Of a DNA stretch of 34,478 bases, positions 8,363 to 16,801 are shown one piece after another. A program made the position numbers and the translations under genes. Below the pieces are notes generated by a model. That model was not told the DNA's origin and searched no databases. It worked only from the letters and a program-made list of their open reading frames with translations. This DNA is from a virus (taxonomy: Duplodnaviria > Caudoviricetes): positions 1-34,478 of IMG/VR virus record IMGVR_UViG_3300032305_001786; one strand, given 5' to 3'. Positions within the stretch are counted from its first letter, which is position 1. Every line of letters begins with the position of its first letter.

Positions 8363-9232
8363 ATGAAAAAATCAGACTTTGTTAAGTTAATAACTGAAAC
8401 ACTTTCAAGTAAATTAAATGAAGAATTCAATCCAGCGGATAAAATAACTCTGGATGTTCCATTATTTATACGTTTATTAGAATACGCTCGTGAAGATGCT
8501 AAAACAGATATGGATTTACATAACGTAACTGAAAAAGCAGTTTCATTAAGTACTGAAGGTAAAATTTTAACAATGAGTGATTATAATAATATAATTGATA
8601 TAAGTAAAGAAAATATGAATGAGATGCTTAATCCTAAATTAGAAAAAATTGCTAATCAAATAAGAGCCAAATTTCCTAAACAAGGTTCATATGATCCTGG
8701 TGAATTATTTGATAAATATATAGGCGATTATAATTTATCCTCAGAAGAAGATAAAATGGAAGTTTATGCTATCATTAGAGATAAAGAAAATGAAGAATTA
8801 GCTGAATCAGCACTTGGTGAAAAGAAATTAACACCAGCTGAACTTAAAAAACGTGAAGAAATAGTTAAATCAATGAAAGATACTTTTAAAGGTCCTAAAG
8901 CTGCTATGTATGCTATAGCAACTGATAAAGCTAAAAAAGTAGCTGAAGATTTAGATATTGGTCATCAAGATGATGAACCAGATATGTTAAAAGCTGATGT
9001 AGCTAGAATAGCAGAATATGCTAACAAATTATACATAATGTTAGATAAATTTGATAAAATGCCTACTGAAGTAGATTTTCCAGATTGGTGGCAATCAAAA
9101 ATTCATATAGCAGCAGAAAATATGGATAAAGCTACACATTATTTAGAATTTGAAATGAAACAACCATCTATAGATAGAAATATTAATTTAGCCGAAAAAA
9201 TAATTAAAAAATTAAAAGCTAAGAAACAATAA
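8363..9232 (+). CDS. Modular hypothetical protein (putative internal head polyprotein)
   Basis: Leader MKKSDFVKLITE...LNEE; modules (LDVPLFIRLLEYARED; LTPAELKKREEIVK...MYAIAT; DDEPDMLK...WWQSKI) separated by MNE/LAE/VAE. Confidence 0.75.
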   Translation: MKKSDFVKLITETLSSKLNEEFNPADKITLDVPLFIRLLEYAREDAKTDMDLHNVTEKAVSLSTEGKILTMSDYNNIIDISKENMNEMLNPKLEKIANQIRAKFPKQGSYDPGELFDKYIGDYNLSSEEDKMEVYAIIRDKENEELAESALGEKKLTPAELKKREEIVKSMKDTFKGPKAAMYAIATDKAKKVAEDLDIGHQDDEPDMLKADVARIAEYANKLYIMLDKFDKMPTEVDFPDWWQSKIHIAAENMDKATHYLEFEMKQPSIDRNINLAEKIIKKLKAKKQ

Positions 9233-9663
9233 TGACTAAACAAGAATTAATAGATAAAATTAAGTTAATCGCTAAAAGTAAATACAAAAAACAAATTGAA
9301 TTTACTTCAGGCGGTAGAACAAATGTTGTTGCTAAATATCCAAGTGTAAATGATGTTTTAGTTGATTTAATGACAGAACAATATGAAATATTTGTTACTG
9401 ACATTGAATGGGTAGCTCCAAAACCAACTACATTTAGAGTAATGTTAGCTAATGGTGAATATTTCTTTTTAACTCATACTGATAGAAGTTGGATAGCACA
9501 AATAGAAGGTAAAAATTTTTATTTATTAAATTTAAGTGAAAGAATAGATGCTATGAATGCTATATCTCGTGTATTAAGATATGGTCAAGGTAAAAATGAA
9601 ACTCCAGGATCTACAGAAGAAGCTCCAGCTGAAGTAACACCAGAAGAATTACCACCAGCATAA
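9232..9663 (+). CDS. Hypothetical protein
   Basis: 143-aa ORF, TAATG coupled; Pro/Glu-rich tail. Confidence 0.72.
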   Translation: MTKQELIDKIKLIAKSKYKKQIEFTSGGRTNVVAKYPSVNDVLVDLMTEQYEIFVTDIEWVAPKPTTFRVMLANGEYFFLTHTDRSWIAQIEGKNFYLLNLSERIDAMNAISRVLRYGQGKNETPGSTEEAPAEVTPEELPPA

Positions 9664-9675
9664 AAATAAAATAAA

Positions 9676-10815
9676 ATGGATGTATTAGATTTGTTTTTCA
9701 AAAAATATTCTTATAAATTTTCTAAAGGATATCCGGACATGAATAATGATCAGGATATTTTATTATTGGAAAATATATTAAATGAATTAGATATAAAAAT
9801 AAGTTTTAACGAAGTGAAAAAACCAATTGATTTTCTCTCAGATGAAGCTAAAAAAATAACACAGAATGTTATTCAAAATTTGAATATTTCTGCAGATGAT
9901 ATTAAAGCTTTATCTAAAAATAAAATAGTAATTTTATCAGATAAACGTCAAAAGATATTTTCTGAATTAGAAAAATTAGGTTATAAACGAGATAGTAATA
10001 TATCTGGTTCATCACAAGGAGGATTTAGAACTGATAATAATATTGAAATATTAGTTAAACCTAAATCAGCTCAAGGTGAAAAATCTGCTGGTAAGCAAAA
10101 TGAATCATCGTTTTTAGATTTAATAAATAATAAAGTTAAAGAAAATGATGGTCCAATTACTGTGATTATCCAGAGTGATAAGAAAAAAATTAAATTTAAT
10201 AATATAGAAGAAGCTAAAGATAGTTCAGTTGAAGGTGCTACACAATTTGCTAAAGCAGATGCTCAATTAGTTGATGATGAAGGTGAAGTGATAGGTAATA
10301 TATCACTTAAAAAACGTAATGCTGTTAGATGGGAAAGTTCAAAAACTAGAGAAATTGACGGTATTAATGTGTTTAAAAACTTTATTCAAAAAGTATCAAA
10401 TAATGTATTTCCAAATGTAAGTTTAAAACCGCTTGATAAGAAAAATAAATTTAAATTATATAATCCTCAAACTAATAAAGTATTATCTAAAGTAATCATT
10501 AAAAATACTCCTTCAGATGTAGTTAATGATGTAATATTTGGTAATGATGTTCCTAAAACTATAGTTATTAAAGAAGATTTTGAAAACTTTTCTAATTATA
10601 CTTTTGAAAACGGAGTTTTAGTTATTAATTGTTACAAAATATATACTGATGTTAAAGATATTATGGGTACTGATGATGAACCAGTATATGCATTTTCAAA
10701 TCATATTGGACAAGCATATGGTATCGAATTCAGATCATTCAGTAAAGGATTACTATACAAAGATGATTCATTAAAAGGTTCTAGTGAAGAAATAGATTTT
10801 AAAGATCTAAAATAA
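9676..10815 (+). CDS. Putative PD-(D/E)XK restriction-endonuclease-like protein
   Basis: AGKQNE...KADAQL...ISLKK fits the E...(P/A)D...(E/S)xK catalytic pattern; N-terminal segment ends ILLLENILNE. Confidence 0.55.
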   Translation: MDVLDLFFKKYSYKFSKGYPDMNNDQDILLLENILNELDIKISFNEVKKPIDFLSDEAKKITQNVIQNLNISADDIKALSKNKIVILSDKRQKIFSELEKLGYKRDSNISGSSQGGFRTDNNIEILVKPKSAQGEKSAGKQNESSFLDLINNKVKENDGPITVIIQSDKKKIKFNNIEEAKDSSVEGATQFAKADAQLVDDEGEVIGNISLKKRNAVRWESSKTREIDGINVFKNFIQKVSNNVFPNVSLKPLDKKNKFKLYNPQTNKVLSKVIIKNTPSDVVNDVIFGNDVPKTIVIKEDFENFSNYTFENGVLVINCYKIYTDVKDIMGTDDEPVYAFSNHIGQAYGIEFRSFSKGLLYKDDSLKGSSEEIDFKDLK

Positions 10816-10818
10816 AAA

Positions 10819-10826
10819 TATTTATC
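10819..10826 (+). promoter_or_regulatory. Variant late motif TATTTATC
   Basis: In a 14-nt intergenic gap, 3 nt before ATG 10830. Confidence 0.5.
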
Positions 10827-10829
10827 ATC

Positions 10830-11918
10830 ATGGATAAATTAAGACAAATAATTCGAGAAATAGCTAAACAACGTAATCTTAAACCAGATTGTGGTTGCGG
10901 ATGTAGTGGTAAATGTGGAGGTGAAAAAGCACCAATGATAAATGAAAATTTATCACGCAAACCCTTATTAAGTGAACATTTACAATACCATGTTGATAAT
11001 AAAAAACCATTAACTGAAAATACATTTCGTTATGGTTCTACTTCATTTCTTAGTTTATGGAAAGAAGCTAGAAAATTATACTCACGTAACTTACTTGAAG
11101 TATCAGGTTTAGATAAAGACATTATTGTTGAAACCAATTTAGGTGAATATGGTATATATGAAGGTCAAAAAGTACCATTAGATTTACCTATGATTGAAGA
11201 AGGTCAAATGTTAGATAATTATGAAGTTGATTTTTTTCATACTAAAGCTAATGTATATGCTAATATAGAAATACCTAGTGAAAATCCAACATTTAAAGAT
11301 GATATTCAAATAAAAGGAATAGGCAAAACTGAAGAAGAAGCATTTGAAGATTTAAAACAAAATTATAATAGTTACAAGAAAACAGGAGTAAATGAAGCTG
11401 AGTTTAAAAATACTCATAAAATTACATTAACTTTTGATGATGAAAGATTTATAAAAAGAATTCAAACTATCCCTACATTTCAAAAAATGTTAGCTCCTAA
11501 CCAAATTAAAAATTTAAAAGTAGGAGATAATGAATTAGTTGTAAATAATGTAGCTTTAAATGGTTTAGAACGTATGGAGTCTACAGGTCTTTATAAATTA
11601 AAAAAGAATATTAATGAAGCTGAATATCAAGGTAAAGAGGTTCAACTTAATAAACCTAAACGTGGTGGTTCAAAGAAATTCTACGTTTATGTTATGAATC
11701 CTAAAACTAAAAAAGTTAAAAAAGTACAGTTTGGAGCGGCAGGTGGAGGTCAAAACTTAGCAGTTAAACTTAGAGATCCTAAAGCACGTAAAGCATTTGC
11801 GGCACGTCAAAACTGTGATAAGAAAAAAGACAGAACAACACCTGGTTACTGGAGTTGTAATATAGGAAGATATTGGAAGTCATTAGGTGGAGGTTCAAAT
11901 TTTAGCGGGTATTGGTAA
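10830..11918 (+). CDS. Modular hypothetical protein with basic C-terminal domain common in T4-like phages
   Basis: Leader MDKLRQIIREI; CGCGCSGKCGG; INE/IEE/VNE/INE linkers; C-terminal KKFYVYV...VQFG...ARKAFAARQNC...GYWSC. Confidence 0.78.
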   Translation: MDKLRQIIREIAKQRNLKPDCGCGCSGKCGGEKAPMINENLSRKPLLSEHLQYHVDNKKPLTENTFRYGSTSFLSLWKEARKLYSRNLLEVSGLDKDIIVETNLGEYGIYEGQKVPLDLPMIEEGQMLDNYEVDFFHTKANVYANIEIPSENPTFKDDIQIKGIGKTEEEAFEDLKQNYNSYKKTGVNEAEFKNTHKITLTFDDERFIKRIQTIPTFQKMLAPNQIKNLKVGDNELVVNNVALNGLERMESTGLYKLKKNINEAEYQGKEVQLNKPKRGGSKKFYVYVMNPKTKKVKKVQFGAAGGGQNLAVKLRDPKARKAFAARQNCDKKKDRTTPGYWSCNIGRYWKSLGGGSNFSGYW

Positions 11919-11919
11919 T

Positions 11920-12270
11920 ATGAAACTATCAGAATTAAAACAACTTATTAGAGAAGAATACAGTTCAGCTTCAAAACTATACGAAATTGAAGGTGTTATT
12001 GTTATTGATACAGACACAGCATTTCATAAACAAATTATGTCTGATGTTCGTGCTGTTAAAGGAATAACAATTGTGAAGGATTATATTTATGAACCTGTAG
12101 GTGCAGCCGCTAATAGAGGATACGCTGATTTAGTTATTAAAATAGATCCATCTCCATTCAAACAAATGAAAGCACAAGATATTGTTGACCAAGTAGTTAA
12201 TGATATTAAAAGTGTTAAAGGTGTTAGAGCATTTAAAGTAAAAAAAGGACCATTTCAAGTTAATGTATAA
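11920..12270 (+). CDS. Hypothetical protein with MKLSELKQLIREE leader
   Basis: ATG 11920 follows stop 11918; internally repeated (V/I)(R/K)(A/S)VKG(I/V) motif. Confidence 0.72.
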   Translation: MKLSELKQLIREEYSSASKLYEIEGVIVIDTDTAFHKQIMSDVRAVKGITIVKDYIYEPVGAAANRGYADLVIKIDPSPFKQMKAQDIVDQVVNDIKSVKGVRAFKVKKGPFQVNV

Positions 12271-12728
12271 TGGATTTACATAAATTAGTTAAAGAAATAT
12301 TAAACGAAAAGAAAGTAAAACGTGACAGATGTTTACGTATTGCTGACCGTAAGTTTGATAAACCATCTGCTTACAAATCTGGTGCTGTAGTTAGATGCCG
12401 TCAAGGTAAAATATGGAAAGGTATTAAAGAAACAAATGATCCACAATCAGGTAAAGCAGCTCCATATGGATCAGGATATTCTAAATTAAAAGAATTAATT
12501 CAAGAAATTATAAATGAAGATGAATCACTTTATAAATGGTTCAAACGTTCTGGTCCTAAAGGTAAAGAAGGTGGATGGGTAGATTGTAACGCACCTGATG
12601 GTAAAGGTGGATATAAAGCATGTGGTAGAAAAAAAGGTGAAAAACGAGCCAAATACCCATCATGTCGCCCAACACCATCTAAATGTAAATCACCAGGTAA
12701 AGGTAAAAAATGGGGGAAAACAAAATGA
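12270..12728 (+). CDS. Basic Cys-containing modular protein
   Basis: Leader MDLHKLVKEILNE; internal LKELIQEIINE; modules RDRC...SAYKSGAVVRCR and SLYKWF...WVDC...CGR...YPSCRP. Confidence 0.75.
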   Translation: MDLHKLVKEILNEKKVKRDRCLRIADRKFDKPSAYKSGAVVRCRQGKIWKGIKETNDPQSGKAAPYGSGYSKLKELIQEIINEDESLYKWFKRSGPKGKEGGWVDCNAPDGKGGYKACGRKKGEKRAKYPSCRPTPSKCKSPGKGKKWGKTK

Positions 12729-13294
12729 TAAAATTATTAGGTATATTAAGTGAAATATTATCTGAAAATGATCCTAAAATAGGTACAGGCAAAAAACCTA
12801 AAGGATCAGGACGTCGTTTATACACAGATGAAGATCCTAAAGATACTGTATCTATTAAATTTAAAACTAAAGAAGATATAGTTAATACTTTAAATAAAAA
12901 ATCATTTAAATCTAAACCTCATAATCGTCAATCTCAAATTATTAATGTAATCCACCAACGAGTTAGAGCTGCTTACAATAAAGCAAAAGATCCTGAAGTG
13001 AAATCTAGATTAAAACGTGCTTTAGATTATATTGAAAAACGTAAAGAGACATCTAAAGAAAAAACTCAACATTTAAAAAATTTAAAAGAATTAGTAACAG
13101 CTACAGAAGTTATTTGTGATAATTGTGGTTGGGAATGGAAAATATCTCAAGGTGGTAAAGATCCATATTTATGTCATAAATGTGATTATGATAATACTCC
13201 AAAACAATTAAATGAAAAATGTTGGAAAGGATATACTCAAAAAGGTATGAAAACAATGTTTGGTAAAAAATATCCAAATTGTGTAAAAAAATAA
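12725..13294 (+). CDS. Basic modular protein with MIKLLGILSE leader, Zn ribbon and C-terminal CWKGY...PNCVK module
   Basis: ATGA overlap start at 12725; CDNC...CHKC; LSE/LKE/LNE linkers. Confidence 0.75.
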   Translation: MIKLLGILSEILSENDPKIGTGKKPKGSGRRLYTDEDPKDTVSIKFKTKEDIVNTLNKKSFKSKPHNRQSQIINVIHQRVRAAYNKAKDPEVKSRLKRALDYIEKRKETSKEKTQHLKNLKELVTATEVICDNCGWEWKISQGGKDPYLCHKCDYDNTPKQLNEKCWKGYTQKGMKTMFGKKYPNCVKK

Positions 13295-13304
13295 AAAACA
13301 ACTT

Positions 13305-13793
13305 ATGATAAAACTTATATCATTACTTAAAGAAATAGGAGAAGGTGTACCACCTTATAAATGGAGCGGCCCAGAAGAAAAATCTGGTGGTATAATTTAT
13401 TATTTTACAACTGAAGATAATGATTATTATAGAGTAAGATTTGATGGTACTATAGGTAATGGCTGGGAATTAAATTTTTATGTAAGAGATGAATATGAAT
13501 ATTCTTCAGGCGCCATAACTAATAAAGGACGCCAATTTAAAATAATTTCTACGATAATGGATATCATAAAATCATTTATTGAAGAATACCCCGCAGATTT
13601 AATTATATTTACTGGTTCTAATAAAGAAGGTTCAACAACAAACCAACGAGATCTTTTATATAAGAGATATATTGAGAAAAACATTAATCAACTTCCAGGT
13701 TGGGATACAAATGTCGGAATGCCTGGTCAATCAGGACATCTTTCTTTGTTTAGAGAAGAACCATTACCAGGAATGGAACTTAAACCAAATTAA
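13305..13793 (+). CDS. Hypothetical protein with MIKLISLLKE leader
   Basis: 162-aa ORF; IIFTG...QRDLLYKRY motif. Confidence 0.72.
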   Translation: MIKLISLLKEIGEGVPPYKWSGPEEKSGGIIYYFTTEDNDYYRVRFDGTIGNGWELNFYVRDEYEYSSGAITNKGRQFKIISTIMDIIKSFIEEYPADLIIFTGSNKEGSTTNQRDLLYKRYIEKNINQLPGWDTNVGMPGQSGHLSLFREEPLPGMELKPN

Positions 13794-13821
13794 AAATAAT
13801 AGTTAAATTAATAAATAAAAT

Positions 13822-14250
13822 ATGATAAAACTTATTAATATATTAAACGAAGCAGAATTAAATAAATGCCCCGCTCCTACTCAAAACATTGAGTTAAATC
13901 TTAAAAATAGACAAAAGGCTATAAATGAATATGGATATGGTCCTTTAAATCCTAATGAACCAAATGAAAAGTTCTGGGATGCTAAAGTAAAAATGTGGAA
14001 ATTAGATTCTGCAGAAGAAGCTAAAAAATCTCTTTGTGGAAACTGCGCTGCGTTTGATATAACAACTAAAACATTAGATTGTATAGCTAAAGGTATTGGA
14101 GATGATGAAGGTTCAGAAAATCCTTATGATGTAATTAATGCTGGTAAATTAGGATACTGTAGATTCTTAAAGTTTAAATGCGCGGCGGCTAGAACATGTG
14201 ATGCATGGGTTGTAGGTGGACCTATTAAGGATTCTAAGAAGTCAAAATAG
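13822..14250 (+). CDS. Cys-rich hypothetical protein with MIKLINILNE leader
   Basis: CGNC...GYC...KC...RTCDAW; possible metal or Fe-S binding. Confidence 0.72.
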   Translation: MIKLINILNEAELNKCPAPTQNIELNLKNRQKAINEYGYGPLNPNEPNEKFWDAKVKMWKLDSAEEAKKSLCGNCAAFDITTKTLDCIAKGIGDDEGSENPYDVINAGKLGYCRFLKFKCAAARTCDAWVVGGPIKDSKKSK

Positions 14251-14251
14251 T

Positions 14252-14719
14252 ATGACAGTTGAAGAATGGATACTTACTTTAACCTATACTCAAGAGTCAT
14301 TATCTAACTTATCAATTTGCCCATATGCGAAACAAGCATATCTAAATAAAAGATATTCTATATTAGATACGGAATTTAATACTATTAATTTAGATATTCA
14401 ACAATCTGATTTAACTAAACATCAAGTTATTATTTTTAAATTAAAAGATTATCAGTCTTATGATATTGAAACATTAAGACAAAAAACAAATGATCTTAAT
14501 AATGAATTTAATAAAAATGATATTGTTGTTTTAGATAATGATCCTAGAGATTCATTTGTTATTAATAATATTAAAACTACTTATGATGGATGTTATCTTT
14601 GGCTCATACAATCTTTATCAGATTTAAATGACAAATCAAAAGAACTAGAAAAAACAAATTATTATAAACATTGGACAAAAGAACAATTGGATGATGTTGT
14701 TAATTGGAGAAAAATTTAA
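14252..14719 (+). CDS. Hypothetical protein (DUF1415-like CP[Y/F]AK motif)
   Basis: W...LSICPYAK; ATG 14252 directly after stop 14250. Confidence 0.6.
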   Translation: MTVEEWILTLTYTQESLSNLSICPYAKQAYLNKRYSILDTEFNTINLDIQQSDLTKHQVIIFKLKDYQSYDIETLRQKTNDLNNEFNKNDIVVLDNDPRDSFVINNIKTTYDGCYLWLIQSLSDLNDKSKELEKTNYYKHWTKEQLDDVVNWRKI

Positions 14720-14983
14720 ATGATCCCATACACTAATATAGAAGTAACAGACAAATATATTATTCGTGAGTTTAATGAAAATATAGATCCAATTGAATTG
14801 GTGTGGCATCGTGATTTAAAATCACGTACTATAACTATTTTAGAAGGTAACGGATGGTATTTTCAACAAGACAATGAACTTCCTTTGGAATTAAAGGAAG
14901 GAGTTAGTATATTTATACCAAAATTAGAGTGGCATAGAGTGATTAAAGGAAATAGCCCTCTTAAAATTAAAATAGAAGAATGA
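14720..14983 (+). CDS. Small cupin-fold protein
   Basis: WHRD...ILEG.GW...IFIP..EWHRVIKG cupin motifs. Confidence 0.7.
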   Translation: MIPYTNIEVTDKYIIREFNENIDPIELVWHRDLKSRTITILEGNGWYFQQDNELPLELKEGVSIFIPKLEWHRVIKGNSPLKIKIEE

Positions 14984-15534
14984 AAAAATCAGAACTAAGA
15001 CAACTTATCAAAGAAGAAATTCAATCCTTAATCTTAGAAAGATTTGTAAATTTATTTAATAAAGAAGACATTAAACCTTATATTCAGGATATTTGGGATA
15101 TAATGCAACACACTTATGAGCCTATAGGTGGTTTTAAAACAGCCTCATCTCCAGATGAATTACTTAATAAAGTTAGTTTTGCTAAATTAGTTAGAAAAGA
15201 TAATAAGATAATAGCCGCAGCTTTATATAAAGACAAATATGGTAGAAAAGCCATAGCAGCAGGTTCAGATGGAAGTCCAGAAGGAACAGCAGCTGTTAAA
15301 AAAATTATTTATGAGGATGTTAAATTCTCTAGATCCTGGGGTGAATACTCAGGAAAAGCAGAAAACTTATTTCTAAAATATGGTGGAGTTCCAGTCCCTA
15401 ATACTTTAGTAGGAGATATTTTAGGTAAAGAAATTATTGAAAAAGATCCTGACGGATTTCACTATACTCGTTTAATACAGGATGAACCTGTAAGAAAAAT
15501 AATGATAGGAAATCCTGAAGGTTTGGCTTCTTAA
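14980..15534 (+). CDS. Hypothetical protein with MKKSELRQLIKEE leader
   Basis: Leader ends LILE; globular alpha/beta domain of unknown function follows. Confidence 0.75.
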   Translation: MKKSELRQLIKEEIQSLILERFVNLFNKEDIKPYIQDIWDIMQHTYEPIGGFKTASSPDELLNKVSFAKLVRKDNKIIAAALYKDKYGRKAIAAGSDGSPEGTAAVKKIIYEDVKFSRSWGEYSGKAENLFLKYGGVPVPNTLVGDILGKEIIEKDPDGFHYTRLIQDEPVRKIMIGNPEGLAS

Positions 15535-15551
15535 GATATCTTTCATATATT
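15523..15551 (+). promoter_or_regulatory. TTG-N20-TATATT promoter
   Basis: TTG 15523-15525, TATATT 15546-15551. Confidence 0.65.
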
Positions 15552-15574
15552 AACTATATAAATAATAACAGGTT

Positions 15575-16159
15575 ATGAGTAATATATTAGTTATACATGG
15601 TTTTAATAGTGGTCCTGGAAGCAAATCTGAATTATTAAAACAAGTATTTCCAAATTCAGTTGTTTTTACACCTCAATTAAATAATCGACCAATAGAAGAT
15701 TTAAAATTATTACAAGAATTTTTAGATACTCATTCTGATATCCATGTAGTAGGAACATCTTTAGGTGGTTTTTATACTATGTATTTAGCATTAACTAATA
15801 GTAATAGAGATGATTTGTCATTTTATATGATTAATCCATCTTATAACCCATATAATTATTTTAAAACATTTTTATATCAAGAATTTACTAATTATAAAAC
15901 AAATTCAATTACTGTTATTAATAATAAATTGCTTGATGAATTGATGGATCTTGAAACTTATGTTCATAAAAATTTTGAAAATAAACCAAACATGTATTTT
16001 TATTTTGGAACTAAAGATGATGTTTTAAATCATAAAATTTTGATTAAAAAAATATATTCTTTTAAAACACCCAACAACATGTTTACTTCTTCTCAAGATC
16101 ATAGACATGAAAATATTGATAGTGTTATTGAACAAATAAAATTGAATTCTGTCTTATAG
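15575..16159 (+). CDS. YqiA/YcfP-family alpha/beta hydrolase (esterase)
   Basis: HGFNS oxyanion motif, GTSLGG nucleophile elbow, D...DH triad residues. Confidence 0.88.
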   Translation: MSNILVIHGFNSGPGSKSELLKQVFPNSVVFTPQLNNRPIEDLKLLQEFLDTHSDIHVVGTSLGGFYTMYLALTNSNRDDLSFYMINPSYNPYNYFKTFLYQEFTNYKTNSITVINNKLLDELMDLETYVHKNFENKPNMYFYFGTKDDVLNHKILIKKIYSFKTPNNMFTSSQDHRHENIDSVIEQIKLNSVL

Positions 16160-16180
16160 TTTGGATAATTTAAAAAAGTA

Positions 16181-16222
16181 TATATTTTTACCAAAACATT
16201 ATATGTTTATACCAAAACATTA
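16181..16222 (+). repeat. Imperfect 21-bp intergenic tandem repeat (core taccaaaacatta)
   Basis: 16181-16201 vs 16202-16222. Confidence 0.7.
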
Positions 16223-16242
16223 AAATTAAAAATATACAAATC

Positions 16243-16665
16243 ATGAACAAACTAATGTTAAATGAACAATTTAGACGTATGCAAAAACTTGCAGGTCTTT
16301 TAACTGAAAATGAAAAAACACCATCTATTCCCTCAGAATTGAATCTTACTGATGAAACAAGTGGAATGATGGAAGAAGAAAATTTAAATGAAGATAAACC
16401 AACAGTAGGTAAGATGAAAGATTTAATTTACCAAGACTACCGAGAAATTGTAGATAGTGGTAAAGTTGAATATGGTACAGAAGAATGGTTATTTTTGTTA
16501 CAATTAGCTCTTAAAGTATATGGATTAGATATTCAAAATGAATATGATATATTAAAAGGTATTAACGGTAAAGGACCATATGCTAAACAAATAAAAGCTT
16601 TAGGTAATTCTTGGATACAAGATTTAGAAATAGCACTAGATGATTTAGAAGTAGAAGCATATTAA
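16243..16665 (+). CDS. Acidic protein with RMQKLAGLLTE leader (putative internal head protein)
   Basis: MNKLMLNEQFRRMQKLAGLLTENE; LNE linker; VEYGTEEW module resembles the C-terminus of ORF 1239. Confidence 0.78.
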   Translation: MNKLMLNEQFRRMQKLAGLLTENEKTPSIPSELNLTDETSGMMEEENLNEDKPTVGKMKDLIYQDYREIVDSGKVEYGTEEWLFLLQLALKVYGLDIQNEYDILKGINGKGPYAKQIKALGNSWIQDLEIALDDLEVEAY

Positions 16666-16683
16666 TCAACTTATAACTTTATA

Positions 16684-16758
16684 GACAGATTCATAGCCTG
16701 TCGCTCGTAAGAGATAAAATTATGGAAGCTGTGGCTCCGATCGAAAGATTGGAGCCAC
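16684..16758 (+). ncRNA. Candidate structured RNA (pseudoknot plus two GNRA hairpins)
   Basis: GACAG/CTGTC stem; CTC-GTAA-GAG; 12-bp GTGGCTCCGATC-GAAA-GATTGGAGCCAC; GC-rich island in an AT-rich genome. Confidence 0.45.
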
Positions 16759-16764
16759 CTTAGT

Positions 16765-16793
16765 TTGTACTTTATAGATAAAGATATTATATT
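16765..16793 (+). promoter_or_regulatory. TTG-N20-TATATT promoter
   Basis: TTG 16765-16767, TATATT 16788-16793, ATG 8 nt downstream. Confidence 0.7.
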
Positions 16794-16801
16794 AACAATA
16801 T

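Noticed and set aside
16161-16186. Sixth TTG...TATATT promoter
   Set aside because: Spacing is 17 nt, not 20, and it overlaps the tandem repeat; uncertain
16684-16758. tRNA or hammerhead ribozyme
   Set aside because: No cloverleaf or T-loop consensus, and no CUGANGA core
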